Part shown: piece by piece, positions 27,869 through 40,151 of the stretch
How the letters are laid out: each line of letters begins with the position of its first letter
Position numbering within the stretch: position 1 is the stretch's first letter
Origin: Octopus vulgaris
Lineage: Eukaryota
Direction: 5' to 3'
Assembly (NCBI GenBank): GCA_951406725.2
Contig: OX597835.1
Location: 18,600,001 to 18,664,000 of the forward strand
DNA: 64,000 nucleotides
Notes under the pieces: model-generated
Told to the model about the DNA's origin: nothing
The model's input: only the letters and a program-made list of their open reading frames with translations
Database searches by the model: none
Made by a program: the position numbers and the translations under genes

Positions 27869-28859
27869 TGTGTGTGTGTGTGTGTGTGTATGTTTGCATG
27901 TGTGTGCGTATGTGCGCAAGTGTTTGTATCTTTCTCTGTGTCTTCATTTGTCCTCTCACCGTTTGGCAACCTGTATTGGTTTGATTACGTTCCTGTAACT
28001 GAGCGTTTCGCGTTTCGGTACGAGAAATCGATAGATTAAGCAACAATCTTCAAAATTGTTAGCAGTCTACTCGTTCGACTAACATCATTCCATTGACTAA
28101 AAAAAAAACCCCAAAAAAACGAAAGGTGAAAGAAAATATGATACCACAATACGTGACAACCGTACCACCTTCCACTGCGCAGATATATTCCAACAAGCAA
28201 AGACATTTTACGTGGCTTGACATGATTTTGCCAGCCTACATCCTTTTATGAGGATCTCTCCATTGAAAAAGTATCTTAGAAAAAAAGTGCCGTTAATCAA
28301 AACATGTTTGTTTACACATCCGCTCGGCTTGCTTGTGCGAATATCATTTCTGATGTTCGTGGTGATGAGGCTGCTGGTGTTCGTTTGCGGCTTTGGCGGT
28401 TGTGATCCTGACATCAACACCCACATTTTATATTTTAATCTTAATAACGATCAGTGGAATTTGTTGTTGTTTTTTTTTTCTTCCTTAAATTCTTTTAATT
28501 TTGCGTCATTTTCTTGCATTTCAGAATCATATTTAAAGAACGGTTCATTCAATCTTTGAGTGGGTGTGTCCGCGTTTAGTAGTTGCGGATGCGAGATTTT
28601 GTTGCATGAAAAAAAAAAAAAAAAAAAAAAAAAAAATTAAAAACAAAATCAAAAAGAAAAAAAAAAACCCAAAAAAACCAAACAAACAAACGAACATGAT
28701 TTTTGCAAAATAAATACTCCAGAAAATGCAATGACATTAGAAATAGTTTTCCCAAGACAGAGTCTATCAATAACTGAACTATCGATGAAACTATGTAATG
28801 CGCGAAAAAAATGCAATGACAGGGTTAGGAAAAACGGCAATAAAAATGAAAAAGAAATT

Positions 28860-29002
28860 GCTGTTGCTGCTGCTGAAGCTACTACTACTACTACTACTAC
28901 TACTATTACTACTACTACCACTACCACCACCACTTTGCTGTTGCTGCTGCTGCTGCTACTGCTTCTCGTCGTCCTCCTCCTCCTACTACTACTACTACTG
29001 CA

Positions 29003-29043
<41 letters not shown>

Positions 29044-29045
29044 TG

Positions 29046-29076
<31 letters not shown>

Positions 29077-29280
29077 CCCTCCTCCTCCTCCTCCTCCTAC
29101 TACTACTACTACAACAACTACTACTACTATTACAACTACTACTACTACTACAACTACAGCTACTACAACTACTACTACTACAACAACAACAACTACTACT
29201 ACTACTACTACTACTACTAATAATAATAATAATAATAATTATAATAATAATAATAATAATGATAACAATAATAATAATTC
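28860..29280. repeat. Compound trinucleotide microsatellite (CTG/CTA/CTC/ACA/AAT)n
   Basis: Directly visible. Confidence 0.97.
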
Positions 29281-29650
29281 CTTAATTGGCCACCGGGGCC
29301 AAACACAAAACAGAGGACGGTACACAGACGAGGGACATTAAGGTTAAACGTGTAAACAGCCAACAAACACAACGATTAACGAAGAGGTTAAATCAAAAAT
29401 ATGCTTCCCCAGTAGGGTGAGGGCAGGTCCACCGTGAGGCGGCCAAAGAGAGAGCTCACACACTTTGGAGCCCTTAACACCAACAGCTCCACAGGAAAAC
29501 ACCCTCTCTACTCCTTTCCGTCCGACCTACGTGCGCATGCTTAGAACAGGCCTATTCACCTGGGTCGTTCTTGCCACTTCCACCCATCTTTTAGCGAACT
29601 TACTGGGTGACAGTACCTCCTTTTCCACCCTCACATGCCTTCTCAATTGA
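29281..29650 (-). mobile_element. Probable L1/Tx1-clade LINE 3' end
   Basis: Minus strand encodes QLRRHVRVEKEVLSPSKFAKRWVEVAR, resembling the Tx1 ORF2 C-terminal RxE..F..W pattern. A UTR follows, ending CCAATTAAGGA-(ATT)n. Confidence 0.55.
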
Positions 29651-30040
29651 GCATGTCATTTAGTGGGTGGCGATATGTGCATCTCTGATCACGAGCAGAA
29701 GTAGTAAGGGAGCATCATAGCTATGTGTTGAGAGGAATTCTTTGGAGTTTGGATAATTCCCGTTTGGAAACATGGGTGTTTCCTTCAACACCCTCAAGCA
29801 ACCCTAATTCAGGGACCTTTGGGAACGGAATGGGCTACTCTATCTGAGGAAAATTCTAACTGAGCCCCACCTGCAAGGTTCTGCTTATCTTGCTATGATC
29901 TCACCAAGTTGTGACGCATGTGTCTGATGTATCCTTATCAGACCGGTAGTAATGATGGGTATAATGGGCTTCGTATATTTCACACCGGTGTCACAATGAT
30001 GGCATGTACTGCTCTCTCAATCAATAATAGTAATGATGAT
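29650..30040 (+). mobile_element. SINE-like repeat family F, copy 2
   Basis: Inverted homologue of 27533-27868, ending CTGCTCTCTCAATCAATAATAG. Confidence 0.8.
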
Positions 30041-30619
30041 TTTTGTGCTGTAGGAATCTTTCATCCTATGCGTGCGTGATTGAGAGAGTGATGGAGAGAG
30101 AATGAGAGAGAAAGAATGATAGAGTTAGACAGACAGACTGACAGAAGTGGGTGTTTAAAATGAAGGCTACTGGCAAGTGCGCACGTATGTATAGGAACGC
30201 TGGTTACGCTCGAATATGCACTCGCAGAAAGCCATTAGCTGTCTGGATACACGTTTATGAGCACAAGCGTGAAATGTTTGTATGCGTTTGAGTGTGTCTA
30301 CGCACGGATATTTATTGGCCTGCACAGTTTGTGTAAGAAGCTCTTTCATTTTACAACTTTGCGCATGCGTTTTGAGAATCGGGGAAACGACATGACCTAG
30401 CATGATAATGGAGAGATTATAGAAGATTAACGAGATTAACGAGATTAACGAGAGAGGTTATTTTGCACACGCAAAACATCATTAAGAAGTAGACAGATAT
30501 ATTGTCGACCTGTTGAGAAGTTCTAGTTTGTATTCTGCAAAAAAACCTGATACACATTTTTGAAACGGGAGGAAAGCTGTTTCTATACTTCTCATATTAA
30601 TACTCTTACCTTAAATAAT

Positions 30620-31195
30620 GAGTATTGGCTTCCCTGTAGTCGTCCAATCTGGTATTATTCCCCATTAAGGCAATCCTGAATTTGTTCCCTCAGTCTCCTA
30701 TGTAAACTCCTAGAACTAAATCTGGTCCTGGTCCTTTTCATTTCGGCATTTTCCTTACCACTTTTCATTAATGCACTACTTAATCTCAGCTCCAACGTTA
30801 GTGATTCCTTCACATTAGCAGCACACTCTAGCAGGTCTTGTTTCCTTTTTACCAAATAATCTAACTTTGTTTCTTCCTTCACTGTTGCTGCACACCTGTA
30901 CGCTAATCACGCCATGTATATGTTCACCTCAGGGTGGAGGGTGCCATGTAATGTCATTCTTTTCTCGGGTTGTGGGATCGTGTTGTCAATGTTAGCTTGT
31001 GTCCATTTCAGGATGGGCGCACTAATGCGGACTACAGTAACGGCTCATATGTTTTATTGATTTGAGTTTTGATTTGTAGAGAAGTTTGAGGCGCTTCAAA
31101 TACCAAACGATAACCTTGTCTTTCGTTTCTCTCTGTAAGTTATTGTCCAGCTCCAGGATTCCCAGTTACCTGCACCGATCTTCATCGGAGTCTCA
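30620..31195 (-). mobile_element. R4/Dong-clade non-LTR retrotransposon, RT C-terminal/thumb relic
   Basis: Minus strand gives R*LGILELDN (cf. YKYLGI), WYLKRLKLLYKSKL, AVTVVRISAPILKWTQ and MTLHGTLHP, with stops and frameshifts. Confidence 0.75.
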
Positions 31196-31280
31196 CATTT
31201 ACTCTGCTCTTTAACCCGTTTCAAACTGAGCACTGTACACATCGAGATACCTAATTCCATCCTTACATCCCATTACTATA

Positions 31281-31480
31281 AAGGCATCGAGCCGGCGGAA
31301 TTATTAGCAAGCTGAACGAAAAGCTTAGCGGTACTTCGCTTGTTGCTACGTTCTGAGTTCAATTTCCACCGAGGTGTCTTTCATCGTTCAGTGGTCGATA
31401 AAATAAGTACTATTGAAACACTGGAATCGATGTAATCCACAAGTCCGCTCACCACAAATTCTAAGCCTTGTGCCTAAAGG
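31281..31480 (+). mobile_element. SINE family A, old copy followed by (ATT)n
   Basis: CTACGTTCTGAGTTCAATTTCCACCGAGG..GTCGATAAAATAAGTAC. Confidence 0.75.
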
Positions 31481-31558
<78 letters not shown>

Positions 31559-31824
31559 TTTATTATGGCTTTAGTCTTAGCCATCTATCTCCTATATTTA
31601 CATCTCTGTCTTCTTGAACCCGCTTTTGTTTTGCCTTCTCCTTTTTTTCCTATCACTTTCTTACCACCACCACCACCACCACAACAACAACAACAACAAG
31701 CACCATCACCACCACCACCACCACCATTATCACCACCACCACCACCACCACCACCACCACTATCACCATCACCTTCTTTGTTCCAAACTTTTCTATTAAG
31801 TTACAACAAACCAATGTCGACATA

Positions 31825-31924
<100 letters not shown>

Positions 31925-32379
31925 TATATCTACATATATACAGAAAACAACTACAACAACAATAATAGATACAAATCGAAAACACCAGTGAAAATTTACA
32001 AATATAAGCTTTGGAGTTTTATCTAAAGTTACACTCCGTTGATTCAATTGTCCTTGCTAAGTTCAACAATTCATTGTAACGTGTTCACGGCAATTATTGT
32101 TAAATGGCTGCACCCTTATTTTTTTCAGCTTTCAAATTGTTATCACGAATATTGACCTTCTTCCTGTCATTTGTTGTTTGTTGGTATTGCCGCATTTTTG
32201 TAGCTTTACTGTTAGTCATCGTAGTAGCCGTAGTGGTAGATGTTGTACGTTTTTTTTTAAAACGATTTTCGTTTACTTTTCCAGAAATTTTATATATTTT
32301 AATCACGTTATCTTAACTTCGTAATTGTATGGCTGTGAAATTATTTTCCTTTTATCATATATTTTCATGTTTCTTATTA

Positions 32380-32760
32380 TTAATGTTCATCATTATCATC
32401 GTCGTCGTTATCGCCGTCATCGTATCATGATCGTCATCATCATCTTTTTCTCCTCCTCCTTCTTCTTCTTCTTCTTCTTCTTCTTCTTCTTCTTCTTCTT
32501 CTTCTTCTTCTTCTTCTTCTTCTTCTTCTTCTTCTCCTTCTCCTTCTTCTCATCCTCCTTCTTTTCTTCTTCTTCTCCTCCTTGTTGTTGTTGTTGTTGT
32601 TGTTGTTCTTCTTCTTCTTCTTCTTCTTCTCTTCCTTTTTGTTGTTGTTGTTGTTGTTGTTCTTCTTCTTCTCATTCTCATCCCACTCTTCTTCTTTTTC
32701 TCCTTCTTGTTCTTGTAGTTGTTGCTGTTATTCTTCTTTTTATTGTTATTATCATCCCCA
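32380..32760. repeat. Compound (ATC)/(CTT)/(GTT)n microsatellite
   Basis: Directly visible. Confidence 0.95.
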
Positions 32761-32827
32761 TATCTTTGTTTATAAGTAAAGTATATCAGCTGATACACAT
32801 TCAAAAGTGCACATCCATACATGTAAT

Positions 32828-32864
<37 letters not shown>

Positions 32865-33259
32865 ACATACACACACTTAATCCTTTTTATATACAAACAC
32901 CTCCGTGTTTGTGTGTGTGTGTGTGTGTGTGTATACATGCATCAACGGATAAATACGCTCACACAAACATACATGTAGATATGTATATGGGTAAATGTTA
33001 AACACTCCTTGATGTGAAGTATTGTTTATTGTTGTCCATATTTACTTCCCTTATCCTGGAATTATAATTTTCCGATCTTGCTAAGAACACGTTTATTCTC
33101 TCTCGAAGTTCTGAACTAGTTCTAATTCCACCGGGGAGGGATTCCGCTTTCATCGTTTCTATGTGGACACACACACACACACACACACAGATACACACAC
33201 CAACACACATACATATATATGTATTATATGTATACATATGTGTGTGTGAGTGTGTGTGT

Positions 33260-33714
33260 GTGTGTGGCTGCGTGTTAAGCAGGTTGCTTACCAGCCACAT
33301 GGTTCCGGGTTCAGTCCCCCTTGTACAAGTGTTTTCTACAATAGCCTCGGGCCGACCAAATCCTTGTGTGTGGATTAGGTAGACGGAAACTGAAAGAAGC
33401 CCGTCGTATATATATATATATATATATTTTTTTTTTTACTTCTTTCAGTCATTTGACTGCGGCCATGCTGGAGCACCGCCTTTAGTCGAGCAACTCGACC
33501 TCGGGACTTATTCTTTGTAAGCCCAGTACTTATTCTATCGGTCTCTTTTTGCCGAACCGCTAAGTGACGGGGTATTAAACACACCAGCATCGGTTGTCAA
33601 GCAATGCTAGGGGGACAAACAAAGACACACAAACATATATACACACATACATATATATATACATATATACGACAGGCTTCTTTCAGTTTCCGTCTACCAA
33701 ATCTACTCACAAGG
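33260..33714. mobile_element. SINE family B: plus-strand head (33260-33406) joined through (TA)n to a minus-strand copy (33428-33714)
   Basis: Both parts match the B consensus. The minus copy is cut off where the Penelope 3' region begins. Confidence 0.85.
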
Positions 33715-33989
33715 CGACAGAAGGCTTAAATGTTAAAATATATATATATTTGCGTTAATATGTCTGAAGTGTATTAGAAAATTAAAATTTTTTTTTTTTT
33801 CTTATAATGACATAATTTAAAAGAAAGACCGGTTCCGCGTGTTGCTTTTCAAATTTCTTGTGACGTTATGTTTATGTTGAATAGAGTTATCGTTGTGTTT
33901 ATGTTCCGGAGAGTTCGAAATAAGGGGAGGTAGTGGGTGATTTCTTCCGGTGTAAGGGAGATAATCGCTTAAAATTTTTTTCCTTTCCC

Positions 33990-34448
33990 TTAATGTGAAT
34001 TTCTCTGTATCAGTATGTTCGGATGGTTGAGTCTGGGCTTGTACTTTTCAATGAAGAATATTTCCTTGTTTGGTCTAATTTCTGTTGATGATCCGAAAGC
34101 ACATTGGTAAAATGGAAAGATTAAAAATTGTGGTAGTAGTTGCTTTGCGCATTTCTCAATGTGGTCACTAAAAGGTATCATTCTATATTCTGGGAATGCA
34201 ATATGTTGTCGATGCAGTGTGCATCTACGTCTGAGTGATAGTCCCGTGGAACCCACGTAGTCTTGGTGGCAGCCCGAACATTTTATGACATAAATTATGT
34301 TTTCAGAGGCACAAGTAAAGTTAGATTTGATCTTGAATTTCTGTCCCTCTTTAAAGAGGAATTCTGATCCTTCTAGCAGGTTAGGAAATGTTGCACAGTT
34401 CGATCTACCACATTTATTTACTTTTGCACCCGTAATTTCAGAAAACAA
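33990..34448 (-). pseudogene. GIY-YIG endonuclease domain of the Penelope ORF
   Basis: IIY..YVG motif pair, the conserved R and H, and EIFFI..PRLN. Separated from the RT by a stop/frameshift near 34543. Confidence 0.9.
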
Positions 34449-34542
34449 TTTTGCCTTTGTGAGAATCTTTTTAAGTGATTTAGGCTGTTTGTAGCTTTTA
34501 ATGATTTGGTGTATGTTTAGAATTTCCTTTAATTTGGGGTTT

Positions 34543-35580
34543 TTAATGAAGTATTGGTAAATTCTGGGTGATGATGGTGAAGGCTTCTTTGTTTCTGGGG
34601 TTGTATGTAGATATGTAAGGTAGTATTTTCGGGGAAGGTGTGTTGTTGTGTTGAACTGTTCTTAAAGTTTCTATGTTGATTTCTGTTGCACGTCTGATCC
34701 CATCCTCTATGAGTTGAGCTGGGTAATGTCTGTCAATTAGGGTGTTTTTGAGTTCTTGCAGTCTAAAGTTCCTGGTATTTTGTTCTGACACTATTGTGCA
34801 TATCCTTCTTGCAAGGTTGAAGGGGATGTTTGTTTTAGTGTGTCTTGGGTGGCATGAATTAAAAAGAAGGTATTGTTTGGCGTCTGTGGCTTTGTAAAAA
34901 ATGTCTGTTTCTATTTTAAGGTTAATTTTTTTAATTAGTATATCCAAGAACGGGAGCTCCTTTTGGTTGTATTCCATTGTGAACTGTATATTTGGGTTTA
35001 TGCTGTTCAATAGGTTTTTAAATTTTAGGAGTTTATCTGTGTTTTCATTCCAGAGAATAAAACAATCGTCTAAGAATCGTTTCCAATTCTCTTTTATGTA
35101 TTGAGAGAGGGGGTTTCCAAAGATTGATAAAGATTCCTGGTAAATGATTATTTCCATGTATCCCATTGTTAAGTTCGCAATGACTGGTGCTGCCCTTGTA
35201 CCCATAGCAATTCCGGATTTTTGACGGTAACATGTATTGTCAGACATGAAGTGGTTATTGTGTAGGATGAATTCAATTGATTTAGTAATGAATTCTTTAC
35301 TGATCCTTTTTGGTATTTCTTCCGGAAATTGGTCTAACCAGAACTGTATTGCCTCCAGTCCATAATTATGAGGTATACTGGTATACAAGTTGACTACATC
35401 AAATGAAACCAGGATTGTTTCTTCCTTGGCTTTTTTTGGAAGGTGGTTTAACATATCTAAGTCATCTCTGATATGGCTATCGATATGTTTAAGGAAGGGT
35501 TTCAGGAGGATGTCCATAAGTAGACTTAGTCTGTGTGTTTCACAGGTTGGGCCAGCTACGATGGGTCGTAGTTTTAGGTC
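34543..35580 (-). pseudogene. Reverse transcriptase domain of the Penelope ORF
   Basis: 324-aa open segment with RT motifs 3-7 and thumb. Upstream frameshift at ~35580 and stop at ~35845. Confidence 0.93.
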
Positions 35581-36957
35581 CCCCAGGTTAGGTGTGTGTA
35601 TGTCTTTGGTGATTTTTTAATGGTTTCATTTATAATTTGACTTTTATGAATTTTTGGCAGACCATAGAAGAGGCTAGGTTTGCATTTAAAGTTTGTTAGG
35701 AAGTCAATCTCTTTGGTTGTTAGTTCATTTTCATGGGTTTTAATTTGTGAAGATAGAGTTTTCATTATTTTTTGTGGGGTGTAGTTGGAAATTTTTTCAT
35801 AATGTAGGTCGTCATCAAGCAAGGAAATTACAAGATTTCTGTATTATGATGTATCCATTATTACAACTGCATTTCCCTTGTCTGCTTCCTTAATGGTTAT
35901 ATCCTCATCATTTTGAAGTTCTATCAGTTCTTTCCATTGTGTAGTGTTAAAATTTGAGTTAGCTTTCTGTTTATGTATAGTATGGTAGGGAAAGTTCTCA
36001 ATGTGGTTACAGAATTCGTCAAGATCTTTGTTTCTTCCTCTGTGTGGGATATGTTCACTTTTGTCCTTGACTAGTGATTCATCTTCAGTATTGAAACTGG
36101 TTGATGCTTCTGCTAGTCTTAATTTTCTGCAAAATTCTGTTATATTATCCTTGATTTCATTTAGGTTGGCTCTGCGTGGAGTTGGTGTAAATTTGAGCCC
36201 TTTTGAGAGGATGTCAATTTTTATGTTAGAAATAGGTTTGGTTGAAAGATTGATTATCTTCGGTTTTTCCTTATTACTAGGTTCCAGCCTGTGTCCTGGT
36301 GTCCCTGGTCCCTGGCTAAAAAGTGTTGGGTGAAATTTTGTTTGTATGAGTTGTCTGTGAGGTTGTGTGATATTTGGTCGGGGGAGTGGTGGTATTGTTG
36401 CCCCCGATCGTTGTGTGTGTGTGGGAATCTATGGTTATTTTTGTTTGTGGTGTGTGTAAAATTTCTGTATGGGAAATATTTTTGTTTCGAACTGCTTGTA
36501 TGTGGGATGTTGCTTGACATAGTGTTTTTTTGCGTTTGTCTTGTGTTTAGTGGGGACCAGTAATTTTGGTTCATGGGGTAGTAGCGACTTGTGTGTGGTG
36601 TATTTCTTATTCTAGTGTCGTTTTGTGCTGTATGGTGGTTGGGTCTGGTATTAGGATGTTGTTGGTGTGTTCTGTTTTTGGTGTAATTTATTTCATAGAC
36701 GCGTCATCTGTCAGCTAGTTTCCTGTTAGGTCTTGCGTGGTTTGCAAAGGTTGGTTGTGGGTGATTTCTGTTTTTAGTGTATGGAGGATAGTTGGGGGTT
36801 GTTCTGGAGTTGTTTGGTTTTTCTTTTATATTTTTTGTAATTTTCTTAAGGAAGGGATTATTTGTACCCAATTCATTTTTGAAAGTTGCACTATATTTTT
36901 GGAAGAAGTCCATGTTTTTCTCCCAGCGCAGGAGAGAATTTCTCCCTTCTTTTTCAC

Positions 36958-37000
<43 letters not shown>

Positions 37001-37237
37001 TATGTGTGCATATGTTTGTGTGTCTGTGTTTGTCCCCAACCGATATGTCTGGGAAAATTAGTCAAAATTTGCAAATTTTAAAAGCTATTACTTTTTCAGT
37101 TATTAATTTATTGCTAAAAGGAAGTATATCTCCATAATTAACATAAAAAAACCCACATCAGTACATCAAACTTGAAAACAGTTGGAACCAAATTAGAAGA
37201 ATTGAAAACTGAGGTAGGAACAGAAAAAATCCCAAAA

Positions 37238-37954
37238 TCTTCTTCTTCTTCATCTTTTTCTTTTTCTTTTTCTTCTCCTTCTTCTTCTTTCTTCTTCTTC
37301 TTCTTCTTTTTCTGCTTCTTCTTCTTCTTCTTCTTCTTCTTCTTCTTCTTCTTCTTTTTCTCCTCCTCCTCCATCTTCTTCTTTTCTTCTTCTTCTTCTT
37401 CTTCTTCTTCTTTTTCTTCTTCTTCTCCTTCTCCTTCTTCTTTTTCTTCTCCTTCTTTTTCTTCTTCTTCTTCTTCTTCTTCTTTTTCTGCTTCTTCTCC
37501 TTCTTCTTCTTCTTCTTCTTCTTCTTCTTTTTACTTCTCCTTCTTCTTCTTTTTCTGCTTCTTCTCCTTCTTCTTCTTCTTTTACTTCTCCTTCTTTTTC
37601 TTCTTCTTTTTCTGCTACCTCTCCTTCTTCTTCTTTTTCTTCTTCTTCTTCTTCTTCTTCTTCTTCTTTTTCTGCTTCTTCTCCTTCTTCTTCTTCTTTT
37701 TCTTCTCCTTCTTTTTCTTCTTCTTCTTTTTCTGCTTCTTCTCCTTCTCCTTCTTTTTCTTCTTCTTCTTCTTCTTCTTCTTCTTTTTCTGCTTCTTCTC
37801 CTTCTTCTTCTTTTTCTTCTTCTTCTTTCTTCTTCTTCTTCTTCTTCTTCTTCATCACCTTCGTTTTCTTCTTCTTCTTCTTTCTTCTTCTTCATCATCT
37901 TCGTCTACTTCTTCTTTTTTCTTTTTCTCCTTCTTCTTCTTTCTTCTTCTTCTT

Positions 37955-37985
<31 letters not shown>

Positions 37986-38210
37986 CCACCACCATCATCA
38001 TCATCATAATCATCATCATCATCACCATCATCACCACCATCATCATCACCATCATCATCGCCGTCGTTCTTGTTGTTAGTATACTTATTACTATTATTGC
38101 TGCGGATGCTGTGGTTGTAGTTGCTGTTATTGTTGTTGTTGCTGCTGCGGCTGCTGCTGCTATTGTGTTACTGTCGGTGCTGTTGTTGTTGTTGTTGTTG
38201 TTGTTGTTAC
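37238..38210. repeat. (CTT)n-derived array with higher-order units, then (ATC)n and (GTT/GCT)n
   Basis: Directly visible. TTTTTCTGCTTCTTCTCCTTC recurs. Confidence 0.95.
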
Positions 38211-39114
38211 TATTCTGGTTCCAATGTTGTTATAACATAATATGTAAAACTCAATATTGCCGTTGCTTTTTTTCTCTAAACCGGAATGATTTTTGCTGTT
38301 TTATCTGCACATGTCAATTTGTTATCGATTTCTTAGTGTGAGTACTAACACAAATGATTTTTAACCAATTACTTTTGCTGTCGTTGGTGTAGGCTTTGTT
38401 GTTGCTGTTGCTTGCTTTGGAATTGTCGTGCTACTATTTTTTTTTTGTTGCTGACGTTTACGCTGTTCTTTTGATTTTTGTTGTGGTGTATTTGAACAAG
38501 GTATAGCTCAATGCTTCATATTATTTACTAAGTTATTCCACATAGAATCTACACAGGTCATGTCCAGCTCAAATATAGGATCTGTTTCATGGACATACAA
38601 ACCAGATCCGAACTCTCACACCTAGCCCACACTGCCAATCTAAATGTATCCAATAAGAACATGCAAAAACTGAAACTTCGAGATAATCCGTAATCAATTC
38701 AGAAGAATGGGAATAAATACATAAGTAATTTTTCGATATAGAAATTAATCTGTGCTTAGAGACCACTCTTAAAGCGAAAGTTTGTGAAGGAGAGCAATGG
38801 TTTCCTTTAATAACTATCATGTTTCGTTCCCAATAAAATTTATGATAGTCATAAATAAATGGCAATACGACAACGGTGGAATGTAAAAAAATGTCAAGAT
38901 CATTTATAATTAAAAAGAAAGATTATTATTATTATAGTTTTCTGAATCAGTTCCAGTCACACTAGACTCTCGCACACCATCAACTGTAGACCCGATCGCC
39001 GATTAACAAGCACACGTAGACGGACTTGTAGATTTCTTAAAAAAAAAAAACAAGAGTAGAGTTATTTGTTTCGAATAAGTTTTTGTCACTCTTTATAAAT
39101 TTATTCCTAACATA

Positions 39115-39525
39115 GGCGCAGGAGTGGCTGTGTGGTAAGTAGATTGCTTATCAACCACATGGTTCCGGGATCAGTCCCACTGCGTGGCACCTTGGGAAAG
39201 TGTCTTCTGCTATAGCCCCGGGCCGACCAATGCCTTGTGAGTGCATTTGGTAGACGGAAACTGAAAGAAGCTTGTTGTATATATGTGTATATATGTATAT
39301 GTGCGTGTGTGTGTTTGTGTTGTGTGTCTGTGTTTGTCCCCCTAGCATTGCTTGACAACCGATGCTGGTGTGTTTACGTCCCCGTCGCTTAGCGGTTCGG
39401 CAAAAGAGACCAATAGAATAAGTACTGGGCTTACAAAGAATAAGTCACGGGGTCGATTTGCTCGACTAAAGGCGGTGCTCCAGCATGGTCGCAGTCAAAT
39501 GACTGAAACAAGTAAAAGAGTAAAA
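39115..39525 (+). mobile_element. SINE family B, full length
   Basis: GGCGCAGGAGTGGCTGTGTGG head through the GACTGAAACAAGTAAAAGAG tail. Confidence 0.95.
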
Positions 39526-39867
39526 AGCAGCGTTTGTTATGGTTAGTAGAAACGTTCGCAATTCGATAAAAGTTTGGCAGAATACAAATGGATGCTAAAC
39601 ATTTCCAGGCTTTGAGTAAAAGAATATACAAGAGTATGAATTAATTATGATTTTATTCAACATATTACCATTCCGGATTCACCTCCCTGAAAATCAGTTA
39701 CATAAATGATTGAGTTAAGAATGAGTTAGAATACGCAAACGTGACATTGGCTGCGTTTTTAAAACCATATCAGATAAAATTACTTTACCAGTATCAAACC
39801 AGACCAAACGCACAGAATTCATTTTAACATAGACGAAAACTACGTAAACGGTAAAACGTCAGATAAA

Positions 39868-40151
39868 TCTTTATATATAAAAGTGAAGTTGTGTGTCTGC
39901 CTCCTACGATTTAAATTCCTAACTACTCCCACATTTTGCGATGCAGTTTAACCGAAACCGGGTATCTTATAGTCGTGATTCATATCGAGCCCATCTGGGT
40001 ATTAGCGTGCGTCTACGATGAGTCTACGATTTAAAAAAAAATTACCATAATTTTTTTCCATTTTTAATGCATTTTTTGGCTATAACTCTCTAAAAATGCT
40101 TATATAGTTATTTCCCTTACAAACCCGAGCAACGCCGGGCGATACTACTAG
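39868..40151 (+). mobile_element. Non-autonomous Helitron (284 bp)
   Basis: Inserted between A and T. 5' end TCTTTATATATAAAAG, subterminal hairpin CCCGAGCAACGCCGGG (40124-40139), 3' end CTAG, no TSD. Confidence 0.88.

Larger units (their letters stand above)
33720..36960 (-). mobile_element. Penelope-like retroelement (Neptune-like), near full length, frameshifted
   Basis: Minus strand gives IINLSTK..ILSKGLKFTPTP, IKEADKGNAVVIMD, FYGLPKIHK, RT motifs FDVVNLYTSIP, GIAMGT, RFLDD and LPFLDI, a Cys linker CGRSNCATFP, and GIY-YIG NIIYVIKCSGCHQDYVGST..LRRR..H. Confidence 0.96.

Noticed and set aside
28355-28416. GTGATGA..CTGA possible C/D box snoRNA
   Set aside because: The boxes are only ~50 nt apart, the terminal stem is poor, and I recognise no guide sequence.
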